Source: Pseudomonadota bacterium
GTDB lineage: Archaea; Thermoplasmatota; SW-10-69-26; JACQPN01; JAJPHT01
DNA length: 64,000 bases
NCBI GenBank assembly: GCA_021325135.1
Contig: JAJPHT010000004.1
Location: 1 to 64,000 of the forward strand
Direction: 5' to 3'
Positions 49,369-58,028 of the stretch are shown piece by piece. The notes beneath the pieces were generated by a model. It did no database searches. It saw only the letters and a program-made list of their open reading frames with translations, and was not told the origin of the DNA. A program made the translations under genes and the position numbers. Numbering within the stretch: position 1 is the first letter of the stretch; the number at the start of each line of letters is the position of its first letter.

Positions 49369-49529
49369 TTTCTGGAGGAAGAAGTCAGGCTCGCCGGGCC
49401 TCGGCTGCGGTTCCTGGAGACGCCACAGGCGTAGTCCCTCCGACTCCTGCGAGGCCTCGACGCCTGCCTCCCTCGTGGGGGCCATGGCGCGCGACGCCAA
49501 GGAGCCCTGGCCGAAGGTGCGGGGGATGC
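49369..49529. pseudogene. Tandem-duplication junction: chimeric remnants of the 50397-50981 gene 3' region and the plsC 3' end
   Basis: 49369-49494 about 90% identical to 50436-50579 with an 18-nt deletion; 49486-49529 identical to 48291-48334; shared GGCGCGCGA. Confidence 0.93.
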
Positions 49530-49602
49530 CGCAAGGGGGGCCTGAGCGATAGAAAAGATTGGTGTGCCTCGCGAGCGTGCGGTCATCGGCACATTGGATT
49601 TC

Positions 49603-50304
49603 TTAGGAGTCCGCCGCGAGGGTGCCGGTCGTGGCCGTGGCCGCGGTGGCCGCGCCGCCGGTCTCGGTGACGCCCGTGTTCAGGAAGAGCCAGTAGCCGT
49701 CGTCGCCGCCGTGGCCGTTGTGGTAGCCGATGAGGCAGACATCGCCAGCCCAGGTGTGAACCCAGCCCACTTCGCAGTCGGTCGAGTCCGTGTCGGGCGT
49801 AATCGAGCCGTCGGTCTGGCAGCCCACGACCGCGCCGGTGGTCGGATCCGTGATCACGACGGGGCCCGCGGTGTCGTCGACGCCCCAAACGCCGCTGACG
49901 GGCAGACCCGTGACGTCGGTCGCGACGCCGCTGGTGGCGTGGACGTTGAGGTCGTAGCCGCAGTTGTCGGTGACGTCCCACTCGTTGGACGAGCCGAAGA
50001 AGGCGCCGCCGACGCCGACGTCGAGGTCGCCGTCGAAGTCGCCGGGCACGCCGTCGCCGTTGCAGTCCGCCGTGTTGGTGTCCTGGACGGTCGTCAGGCC
50101 CGCGCCCGCGCCGCCGACGGGGCCCGCGGGGCTGCCGGAGGTCTGCTCGGAGAGCGTGTTGGAGTTCGCGCCGATGGAGCCGGCCACTCCGTAGGTGTGA
50201 ACGGGCTGGTTGGCGCCGGGGCAGACGCTGTTCGCGCTCACGACGACGACGTGCGCCATCGCGATCGCCAGCAGTGCCCCGATCAGGATCGAAGTCTTGT
50301 TCAT
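49603..50304 (-). CDS. Secreted acidic six-Cys protein, paralog 3 of 3
   Basis: Signal peptide MNKTSILIGAL...; conserved blocks as above. Confidence 0.9.
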   Translation of the reverse strand: MNKTSILIGALLAIAMAHVVVVSANSVCPGANQPVHTYGVAGSIGANSNTLSEQTSGSPAGPVGGAGAGLTTVQDTNTADCNGDGVPGDFDGDLDVGVGGAFFGSSNEWDVTDNCGYDLNVHATSGVATDVTGLPVSGVWGVDDTAGPVVITDPTTGAVVGCQTDGSITPDTDSTDCEVGWVHTWAGDVCLIGYHNGHGGDDGYWLFLNTGVTETGGAATAATATTGTLAADS

Positions 50305-50396
50305 CGTAACATGCCTCTGCTAGCTATCATGCCAGCGATCCAGCCAGGGGCTACACGAGCATGTTAGTTCCGGGGGATAATTGTGAAAATAACAAC

Positions 50397-50981
50397 TTAA
50401 CCCTTGGGCCTCTTCGCCTGCCACTCTGCTTTCCTTTTCTGCAGGAAGAAGTCGGGCTCGCCGGGCCTCGGCTGCGGCTCCTGGAGACGCCAGAGGCGCA
50501 GCGCCTCCGACTCCTGCGCGGCCTCCTGCTTCGCCGCGGCCTCGGCGCCCGCCTCCTTCGCGGCGGCCATGGCGCGCGAGCCCAGGATGCCGCGCCACGC
50601 GGCGAGGAGCTTCTTCGCCTCGTCGTGGTTCTGGCCGCGCAGCGTGTAGTGCACGCCGTCGTCCTTGAAGTGGGCGAAGACGTTGAGGTCGTCGCGCCGG
50701 TAGATGCCCTTCTTGCCCTCGGTGTCCTCGCCCAGGTAGGACCACTTCATGCCGAGGTCCTTGATGGGCGCCTTGATGGCGTCCTTGTTGGGCTCGTAGA
50801 CGTCCATGGGGATGACGATGCTCTCCACGGGAAAGGAGGGGCCTTTGGCGGCGGCCTTCTGCGCAGGCGCCTTCTTCGCCGGGGCGGCGGCCTTCTTGGG
50901 GGCGGCCTGCTTCGCGGGCGCTTTTTTCGCGGGGGCCTTCTTCGCCGGCTCTTTTTTCACCGGTGCCTTCTTCGTGGCCAT
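50397..50981 (-). CDS. Hypothetical protein with histone H1-like PAKK N-terminal tail
   Basis: MATKKAPVKKEPAKKAPAKKAPAK... then a globular domain. Confidence 0.85.
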   Translation of the reverse strand: MATKKAPVKKEPAKKAPAKKAPAKQAAPKKAAAPAKKAPAQKAAAKGPSFPVESIVIPMDVYEPNKDAIKAPIKDLGMKWSYLGEDTEGKKGIYRRDDLNVFAHFKDDGVHYTLRGQNHDEAKKLLAAWRGILGSRAMAAAKEAGAEAAAKQEAAQESEALRLWRLQEPQPRPGEPDFFLQKRKAEWQAKRPKG

Positions 50982-51071
50982 CGCGCGGGGAGCGGGCGCG
51001 GGAGGAAAGACCCTTTCGAGCCCGGCGCACGCCGGCCCAACCCTTTTCGTGGCCCGGGCGCTGGGGCCCGC

Positions 51072-52220
51072 GTGAGCGACCGGCCCCTGAGCCTGGAGCA
51101 GGTCCGGCGCATGGCCATCGCCGCGCAGGGCTACGCCGCGCGCTTCCGCCGCGCCTCCGCGGACGAGGTCGCGGCCGCGGCGCGGCGCCTCTCGTGCGTG
51201 CAGCTTGACAGCATCGCGACCGTGGAGCGCAGCCACCGCATCGTGCTATCATCCCGCGCGGGCGCGCACGACGCGGCCACGCTCACGCGCCTGCTGGAGC
51301 GCGGCGAGGTCTTCGAGCACTGGGGCCACGAGGCGTCGATCCTGCCCGTGGAGGACTGGCCCCTCTTCCGCCGCCGGATGCGCGAGCGGCGGATCCACCA
51401 CTGGTGGGGCGACGTCATCGGGAGCGACCCCGCCCTCGCGCGCTCCGTGCTGCGCGCCATCGAGCGGAACGGCCCCATGGGCTCCGCGGACTTCGAAGGC
51501 CGGGGCGGGGGAGGCATGTGGAACCTCAAGCCCGAGAAGCGCATGCTCGACGCCCTCTGGACCGCGGGGAGGCTCGTCGTGAGCGGCCGGGACGGCTTCC
51601 AGCGCCGCTACGACCTCCCCGAGCGCGTCATCCCCGCCAGGTGGCGCGAGGCGCCCGTGCCCACGGAGGCCGAGGCGACGCGGGCGCTGGCGCTCAAGGC
51701 CATCCGCGCGCGGGGCGCCCTCACCGAGCGCGGCGTCGTGGAGCACTGGCGCATGGCCGGCGGCGTCAAGGCCGTGCAGCCCGCGCTGCGGCGGCTGGAG
51801 CGCGAGGGGGAGATCGTCCGCCTCGCGGTCGAGGACGGAGGGCCCGACGTGCTGGCGCCCGCGGAGGCGGACCTCGACCCGCCAGCCCCGCGCGCCGCCG
51901 TGCTGCTATCACCCTTCGACAACCTGCTCTGGGACCGGCCCTTCGCGCGGCGCGCGCTGGGGTTCGACCACCTCATCGAGGTCTACAAGAAGGGGCACCA
52001 GAGGCGATACGGCTACTACGTGCTGCCGCTGGTGGTGGGCGACCGGCTCGTGGGCCGCGCCGACGTGAAGTCCGACCGCGAGGCGGGCGCGCTTTGGGTG
52101 AAGGCGGTCCACCGCGAGCCCGGCGCGCGCTGGACCTCCGCGACGGAAGACGGCCTCGCCAGGGCGGCGGACCGTCTTGCGCGCAGCATCGGCCTCGCGG
52201 AGGTGCGGGGCCTCAGCTGA
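51072..52220 (+). CDS. YcaQ/AlkZ-like (HTH_42) crosslink-repair DNA glycosylase
   Basis: VQLD (QxD), FEHWGHEAS, R.YDLPER, LLSPFDNL.WDR, YGYYVLP. Confidence 0.9.
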   Translation: MSDRPLSLEQVRRMAIAAQGYAARFRRASADEVAAAARRLSCVQLDSIATVERSHRIVLSSRAGAHDAATLTRLLERGEVFEHWGHEASILPVEDWPLFRRRMRERRIHHWWGDVIGSDPALARSVLRAIERNGPMGSADFEGRGGGGMWNLKPEKRMLDALWTAGRLVVSGRDGFQRRYDLPERVIPARWREAPVPTEAEATRALALKAIRARGALTERGVVEHWRMAGGVKAVQPALRRLEREGEIVRLAVEDGGPDVLAPAEADLDPPAPRAAVLLSPFDNLLWDRPFARRALGFDHLIEVYKKGHQRRYGYYVLPLVVGDRLVGRADVKSDREAGALWVKAVHREPGARWTSATEDGLARAADRLARSIGLAEVRGLS

Positions 52221-52503
52221 TGTCGGGCACGCAGGCGATGGACCCGGCCGCGTCGTAGACGCACGCCAGCTGGTCCCACTCGCAGGGCGGGTGGTTCTCG
52301 ATGCACACGCCGATGGCCGTCTCGACGCAGACGGAGTCCGCCGACGAGGGGAGCGCGCAGACGACGCCCGCGCACCGGCTGGTCGCGTTGGTGCACGCCA
52401 GCGGCGGGATGGCCCCCGACGCCGCGACAACGGGGAGCAGCGCGGTGGTGAGAGCCAGGGAAGCGGCGACGAGGAACAGCGTGGATCGCAAGGTGATCTC
52501 CAC
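52213..52503 (-). CDS. Small secreted Cys-rich protein (8 Cys)
   Basis: Hydrophobic leader then eight Cys in about 56 aa; start uncertain. Confidence 0.65.
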   Translation of the reverse strand: MEITLRSTLFLVAASLALTTALLPVVAASGAIPPLACTNATSRCAGVVCALPSSADSVCVETAIGVCIENHPPCEWDQLACVYDAAGSIACVPDIS

Positions 52504-52948
52504 GGCGGGACGGCCCCCACCCCAGATGAGCCCCGTGCCCGCGCAACCGATGGGCTCTCTCGCGCGGACTCGCTCACCGGTCCAACGCGAGCGAAGGGGG
52601 AAAGGGGAATGGCGCGTCCGTGGTGAGGATGCCCGCTCCCGGGTTCGCCCCTCCATGGGATTCTCCCGCCAGAAGGCCCGCCCGCGCGCGCCGAGGGCCA
52701 CGCCACCGGGCAGGAACCCCGGGGAAAAATCCCTTGGGCGGGCGATGCCGGGCCGGGTCCCGGCGGAGATGTGCAGGAGGGATGCTCGTGAAGGCGCTCC
52801 GCAAGGGCATTCCTCGTCATCGGCCCGGTAACGGGGCCTGAGTGACCCTCTTCCGGTCATCGCGCCGTGGCGGGGACGGCGGGCCTGGCATTTCAACCAA
52901 TGCGGCCCAGCGTGGGGCGTATATAGGAGGTGGAGGGAGGCCCTTGCG

Positions 52949-53809
52949 ATGCTCAGCGCGCTCCAGGGCGTGACGGCGGCGCTCTACGTCGCGGTGGCCC
53001 CGTTGTGCGCCGCGGTGGGCGTGGCGCTGGCGCGGCGCCGGATGGCGGACGCCGCCTCGCGGCGCGCGGTGCGGCTCTTCGCGGTCTTCTGGCTGGCCCT
53101 GGCGGCGGACGCGCTGCTGGGTGCCCTGGAGCTTGCGCTGGTGGGCGCGGGCTTCGCGTCGGCGGGGCTTGCCCTGGGCTTCAGCGTCGTGGCGTTCCTG
53201 GCGGTGTCGCTCATGATGTGGGGCCTGCTCCACTACCTGCTGTTCCTCTTCACGGGGCGCCCTGGGTGGCTCTGGCCGCTGGCGGCGTTCTACGCGCTGG
53301 CGTTCGCGACCAGCGTCGTCCTCGTCGCCTCCTGGGAGCCCACCGGCCTGGAGCCCACGCGCTGGGGCGTGGAGGTGGACTACGCCGCGCAGCCGACGCC
53401 GGCCGCGGGCCTCTTCCTCTCCCTGGCGTTCCTGCTGCCGCCCATCCTGGGCGCCCTGGCCTACGGGAGCTTCCTGCCCCGCGTCGGCGACGCCACGCGG
53501 CGCTATCGCATCGCCCTCGTCTCGGGCGGCATCTTCCTCTGGTTCGCGACGTCGGTCGTGCTGGGGGCCCGCCCGCTGGCGGACGACGACGCCGTGCAGG
53601 GGATCGGGCGCCTGGTCACCCTCGTCTCCATCCTGGCCGTGGCCGCGGCCTACTTCCCGCCCCCCTTCGCGCGCCGCCGCTGGGGCATCGAGAGCCTCGC
53701 GGACGAGGGGGGCCACGCGCCGCGGCCGGGCCTCGACGGCCCCGAGGAGCAGAAGCGCAAGGCCGCGCGGGCCGCCCACCTCCAGAACCGCGTCCGCGAC
53801 CTCATCTGA
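52949..53809 (+). CDS. Seven-TM membrane protein of unknown function
   Basis: Seven hydrophobic segments; TATATA about 25 nt upstream. Confidence 0.8.
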   Translation: MLSALQGVTAALYVAVAPLCAAVGVALARRRMADAASRRAVRLFAVFWLALAADALLGALELALVGAGFASAGLALGFSVVAFLAVSLMMWGLLHYLLFLFTGRPGWLWPLAAFYALAFATSVVLVASWEPTGLEPTRWGVEVDYAAQPTPAAGLFLSLAFLLPPILGALAYGSFLPRVGDATRRYRIALVSGGIFLWFATSVVLGARPLADDDAVQGIGRLVTLVSILAVAAAYFPPPFARRRWGIESLADEGGHAPRPGLDGPEEQKRKAARAAHLQNRVRDLI

Positions 53810-53851
53810 GCGCGGCAAACCCTTAACTTGGGGACCCGGCTTGGGCGCACC

Positions 53852-54778
53852 ATGCCCCTTCCCACGGCCCCGGCGCGCGGCGGCTCGCTTCCCGTCCAGA
53901 CCGCGGGGCAGGCGCAGGCGGCCAACCTCCAGCAGGACCGCATGGCGCAGCAGTTCCGTCTCCGCATGGCCATCGCGGACAACCTGAAGCGCATCAAGCA
54001 CACGATCATCGTGATGTCGGGCAAGGGCGGCGTGGGCAAGACCACCGTCGCCGTCAACGTCGCGGCGGCCTTCGCGGCGAAGGGGTGGAAGGTCGGTCTC
54101 CTCGACCTCGACCTCACCAACCCCAACGTGCCCATCATGCTGGACCTGGAGGGGGCGAAGCCCGGCGGCCACAGCGAGGACATCAAGCCCGTGGACGTGC
54201 CCGCGCCCAATGGCAGCGGCGGCTTCCTGCGGGTGATGAGCACTGAGTTCTTCCTCCAGGGCAAGGAGAGCGCGATCATCTGGCGCGGCCCCATCAAGAT
54301 GAACGTCATCAACCAGCTCCTGGGCAACGTCGACTGGGGCGAGCTGGACCTCCTGGTGTGCGACCTGCCTCCGGGCACCAGCGACGAGCCGCTCACCATC
54401 GCGCAGCTTCTGCGCGACGCGGATGGCGTGGTGCTGGTCACGACGCCCCAGGCGGTCGCCATCCTGGACGTGACCAAGAGCCTGCAGTTCGCGCGCAGCA
54501 TGGAGCTGCCCGTGCTGGGGATCGTGGAGAACATGGGCACCTTCGTGTGCCCGCACTGCGGCGAGCCGACGCCCATCTTCGGCGAGGGCGGCGCAGCGGC
54601 GCTCGCGCAGAAGGCCGGCGTCGACCTCCTGGGCAGCATCCCCCTGGAGCCCAGCGTGCAGCAGAGCGCGCAGAAGGGCGTCCCCTACGTCTGGAGCGAC
54701 GCGTCCAGCGCCACGGGCAAGGCGTTCGCGGCGACCCTCGCGGCGCTGGAGACGAAGCTGGCCCGCCCGGAGCCCTAA
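53852..54778 (+). CDS. mrp: Mrp/ApbC/NBP35 Fe-S carrier ATPase
   Basis: SGKGGVGKTT, IWRGP, DLPPGTSD, VTTPQ, ENM..FVCPHC. Confidence 0.95.
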   Translation: MPLPTAPARGGSLPVQTAGQAQAANLQQDRMAQQFRLRMAIADNLKRIKHTIIVMSGKGGVGKTTVAVNVAAAFAAKGWKVGLLDLDLTNPNVPIMLDLEGAKPGGHSEDIKPVDVPAPNGSGGFLRVMSTEFFLQGKESAIIWRGPIKMNVINQLLGNVDWGELDLLVCDLPPGTSDEPLTIAQLLRDADGVVLVTTPQAVAILDVTKSLQFARSMELPVLGIVENMGTFVCPHCGEPTPIFGEGGAAALAQKAGVDLLGSIPLEPSVQQSAQKGVPYVWSDASSATGKAFAATLAALETKLARPEP

Positions 54779-54844
54779 GGCGGGCCGCGGCGAGCCCCCG
54801 CGTAGCCGCAAACGCCATCCGTCCAGCAGCGGGCGAAGGGGGGC

Positions 54845-55888
54845 GTGGCCGACGACGGCGAGCGAAACCGCAGGCGCTCCTCGCGCTTCCTCGTCGCGCT
54901 GGTGGCGCTCATCGGCGTCGCGGGGTTCGTGCTCCTGAAGCCCATCGTCTCGGGCGTCACGTTCGGCCTCGTCGTCGGCTTCCTCCTCCAGCGCCCCTAC
55001 CAGCGCGTCTCGCGGCGGCTTCGCGCGCCCCGGCTGGTGGCTGTGGGGTTCGTCGCGCTGCTTTGCATCGCCCTCGACGTGCCCCTCTTCGTGCTGGGCT
55101 GGCGGCTCGTGACCGAGATCCGCGGCTTCGTGGACGCGGCGCGCGACCCCGGCTTCGGGCCCTCCCTCGCGCACGGCCTCGTGCGGCTGGGCGTGCCGCC
55201 CGATGCAGCGGGCGCCTTCGTGCAGCAGGCCAGCGCCGACGCCATGGCCTGGCTGCACGGCGCGACGCTCCCCACGCTGGGCTTCGTGGGCGCGCTGCTC
55301 ATGAACGCGGGCGTGTTCCTTTTCGTCCTCTACTACACGCTCGTGAGCGGGCCCCGCTTCGTCAAGTGGGTCCTCGACGCCCTGCCCCTTCCCGAGCGGC
55401 ACGCGAGGCATCTCGTGGAGGCGGTGGCCGACCGCATGCGGAACCTCTTCCTGGGCACGTTCCTCGTCGCGACCTGCCTGGGCATCCTCTCGGGGGTCGC
55501 CTGGTGGCTGGCGGGCTTCCCCGACCCCGTCTTCTGGGGCGCGGTCATGACCGTGCTCAACCTCATCCCCGCGCTGGGCATGGGCCTCGTCGCCATCCCC
55601 GCCGGCGCCATCGCCATCCTCAACGGGCGCGTCGTCGCGGGCGTCGCGATCCTCGCATGGGCGTTCCTGCTCTCGCCCCTGGTGGGCAACGCGATCCGCG
55701 CCGTCTTCGTGGGGAAGACCGAGGGCGTCCACCCCATCCTCGTGCTCGTGGGCACCGTCGGCGGAGTCGCGCTCTTCGGGCCGGCGGGCATCCTGCTGGG
55801 GCCCCTCGTCCTGAGCATGCTCGACCCCGTGCTCGCGGAGTGGGAGAGCCTGCGCGAGCCGCGCGAGGGATTCCCCCACGCGGAGTGA
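54845..55888 (+). CDS. AI-2E family transporter
   Basis: IP..G, HP..VL.G..GG..LFG..G..LGP. Confidence 0.88.
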   Translation: MADDGERNRRRSSRFLVALVALIGVAGFVLLKPIVSGVTFGLVVGFLLQRPYQRVSRRLRAPRLVAVGFVALLCIALDVPLFVLGWRLVTEIRGFVDAARDPGFGPSLAHGLVRLGVPPDAAGAFVQQASADAMAWLHGATLPTLGFVGALLMNAGVFLFVLYYTLVSGPRFVKWVLDALPLPERHARHLVEAVADRMRNLFLGTFLVATCLGILSGVAWWLAGFPDPVFWGAVMTVLNLIPALGMGLVAIPAGAIAILNGRVVAGVAILAWAFLLSPLVGNAIRAVFVGKTEGVHPILVLVGTVGGVALFGPAGILLGPLVLSMLDPVLAEWESLREPREGFPHAE

Positions 55889-55934
55889 ACCCGGAGGCGC
55901 AATCCTCTAAGGGCCCGGGGCCCGTCTCCGAGGC

Positions 55935-57068
55935 ATGCCCTTCCACCTGACCGCCGACCAGGACCTCATCCGCAAGACGGTCCGCGAGATCGCCGGCGCG
56001 TTCGAAGGGAAGCCCGCCGACGACCTCGACCGCGAGCGCGCGTTCCCCAAGGAGCAGATCAAGGCCCTCGGCCAGCTTGGCCTCGCGGGCATGCTCGTCC
56101 CCGCGGAGCTGGGCGGCCCGGGCACCGACGCGGTGAGCTTCGTCCTCGCGCTGGAGGAGGTGGCCCGCGCCAGCGGCGTCGTGGCGCTCGTCCTCAACAA
56201 CCTCAACGCGCTGGGCACGTTCCCGCTGGCCACCAGGGGCACGCAGGAGGCGCGCGACCGCTTCCTCCCCCAGGCCCTTGCCGGCGAGACCTTCCTCGCG
56301 TGGGCCCTCACGGAGCCGCAGGCCGGCACCGACCTGGGCGGCGTCGCGACGCGCGCTGCGAAGAAGGGGGACGCCTACGTGCTCAACGGCCTCAAGAGCT
56401 TCGTCGTGGGCGCCTCCGACGCCAGCGCGATCCTCGTCTTCGCGCGGACCTCGGAGAAGGACGGCCTCACGGCGTTCGTCGTCCCCGCCTCCGCGAAGGG
56501 CGTGCGGATCGCGCCCCCCGAGCGCACCATGGCGCTGCGCGGCAGCGACATGGCGCAGGTCTTCCTTAAGGACGTGGAGGTCCCCGCCGCGCTCCGCCTG
56601 GGCGACGAGGGGAGCGGCACGGCCCTCGCCGCGCAGTGCAACGAGCTGGCCTCCCTGGGCGCGGCCGCCATCGCGGTGGGCGTCATGCAGGCCTCGCTGG
56701 AGGACGCCATCGAGTACGCGGGCCAGCGCGAGCAGTTCCGCCTTCCGCTCAAGCAGTTCCAGGCCATCCAGTTCCTCGTCTCGCAGCTGGACGTGGAGCT
56801 TCGCGCCTCGCGCCTCCTCGCGTGGGCCGCCGCCGACCTGCGCGACCGCGGCGAGGACGCCTCCGCCGCCATCGCCGCGGCCAAGCTCTACGCCGGCGAG
56901 GCCGCCAAGCTCGTGACGCAGAAGAGCATCCGCATCCACGGCGGCGCGGGCTTCATGCGCGAGCTTCCCGTGGAGCGGTTCAACCGCGACGCGCGGGCCC
57001 TCAGCGTCTACGCCGGCACGGCCGAGGCCGAGCGCGCCATCCTGGCGGCGAAGGCGCTGGGGCTCTGA
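55935..57068 (+). CDS. Acyl-CoA dehydrogenase family protein (catalytic Glu apparently absent)
   Basis: ALTEP.AG.D, LNG.K, REQF, IHGG.G, R..RD; YAGT in place of YEGT. Confidence 0.9.
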   Translation: MPFHLTADQDLIRKTVREIAGAFEGKPADDLDRERAFPKEQIKALGQLGLAGMLVPAELGGPGTDAVSFVLALEEVARASGVVALVLNNLNALGTFPLATRGTQEARDRFLPQALAGETFLAWALTEPQAGTDLGGVATRAAKKGDAYVLNGLKSFVVGASDASAILVFARTSEKDGLTAFVVPASAKGVRIAPPERTMALRGSDMAQVFLKDVEVPAALRLGDEGSGTALAAQCNELASLGAAAIAVGVMQASLEDAIEYAGQREQFRLPLKQFQAIQFLVSQLDVELRASRLLAWAAADLRDRGEDASAAIAAAKLYAGEAAKLVTQKSIRIHGGAGFMRELPVERFNRDARALSVYAGTAEAERAILAAKALGL

Positions 57069-57181
57069 GAGAAGGAGCGTGACCCGCCCGCCAGCGTCCT
57101 GCGCTCATCGGCCAGCGCTCCAGGGTGAGCCGGAGCGCCGGGTCCTCGCAGGGTGAGGGCGGCGGGCGGGGTCGGATGATC

Positions 57182-57934
57182 TCAATCCTTGCGGCGGACG
57201 AGCACGGCCAGCGCGACCGCGGCGGCGACCACGAGGGGGATCTCGGGGCCGGGCACGCCCAGGAACTTCCCCTTGGAGGCCTCGGTGGGCGTGGGGTTCT
57301 CGTCGCCCACGGTGGTGGAGACGGGCGTGGACGTGACGGGGGTCGACGTCTCGGGCGTCGTGTTCACGGGCGTCGAGGAGACGGGGGTCGTGGGCGTGGG
57401 GGTGACGTTGCCGGTCGACGCGGTGAGGGCCTGCGTCGAGACGTTGACGACGCCCGTCGCGGTGTCGAACGTACCCTGGGGGTTGTTGGCGTCAGGAGTC
57501 GGCTGGCAGCCGGTGTTCCCATCGAAGGTGGCGGTGACCTTCGCCGTGCCGTTGCCCAGGCCGCTGCTCACGAGGGTGAGGTTCACGGGGGCCTGGCCGC
57601 TCCACGCCGCGGTGGCGTGGTTGTTGGTGGCGCCCGTGGGGTTGTTGGGGTCCACGTCGGCGGGGATGGTGAACTTCACGCTGGTGACGTTCAGGCTCGC
57701 CGTGATGGGGCCATCGGGCGTCACCGCGAGCGCCACGGTGGCCGTCCCGGGGGCCTGGCAGAAGAAGCCCGAGTCGATCTGGAGGTTGATGGTGATGGGG
57801 ACGGACTGCGTGGTGGAGTCCGTGAAGTAGACGATGGCGTTGGGACCCGACAGGCTGAGGTGGGTCGTGACGGCAGCGGCGGTCGGGAGGACGAGCAGAG
57901 CCGCGATGAGCAGCCCAGCAGCCAGGAGGCGCAT
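57182..57934 (-). CDS. Cell-surface glycoprotein with PGF-CTERM-like anchor
   Basis: Signal peptide, Thr/Pro/Ser linker, VPGP plus TM plus RRK. Confidence 0.8.
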   Translation of the reverse strand: MRLLAAGLLIAALLVLPTAAAVTTHLSLSGPNAIVYFTDSTTQSVPITINLQIDSGFFCQAPGTATVALAVTPDGPITASLNVTSVKFTIPADVDPNNPTGATNNHATAAWSGQAPVNLTLVSSGLGNGTAKVTATFDGNTGCQPTPDANNPQGTFDTATGVVNVSTQALTASTGNVTPTPTTPVSSTPVNTTPETSTPVTSTPVSTTVGDENPTPTEASKGKFLGVPGPEIPLVVAAAVALAVLVRRKD

Positions 57935-58028
57935 GACCGGGGACCATCAACTCCTTCAAAAACCCCTTCGGTGCGGTCGTCAAAGCGATGGCCCAAACGC
58001 CCTTGCCAGGCCGCCCCCCTGCCAGGCC

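Noticed and set aside
48400-50304. Diversity-generating retroelement explanation for paralog variability
   Set aside because: No reverse transcriptase and no adenine-specific TR/VR pair seen
52504-52948. Riboswitch, SRP or RNase P RNA in the long intergenic region
   Set aside because: A CTGAG..GACCCT fragment resembles TPP but the downstream core is missing; no SRP or RNase P signature recognised; an Infernal scan is needed
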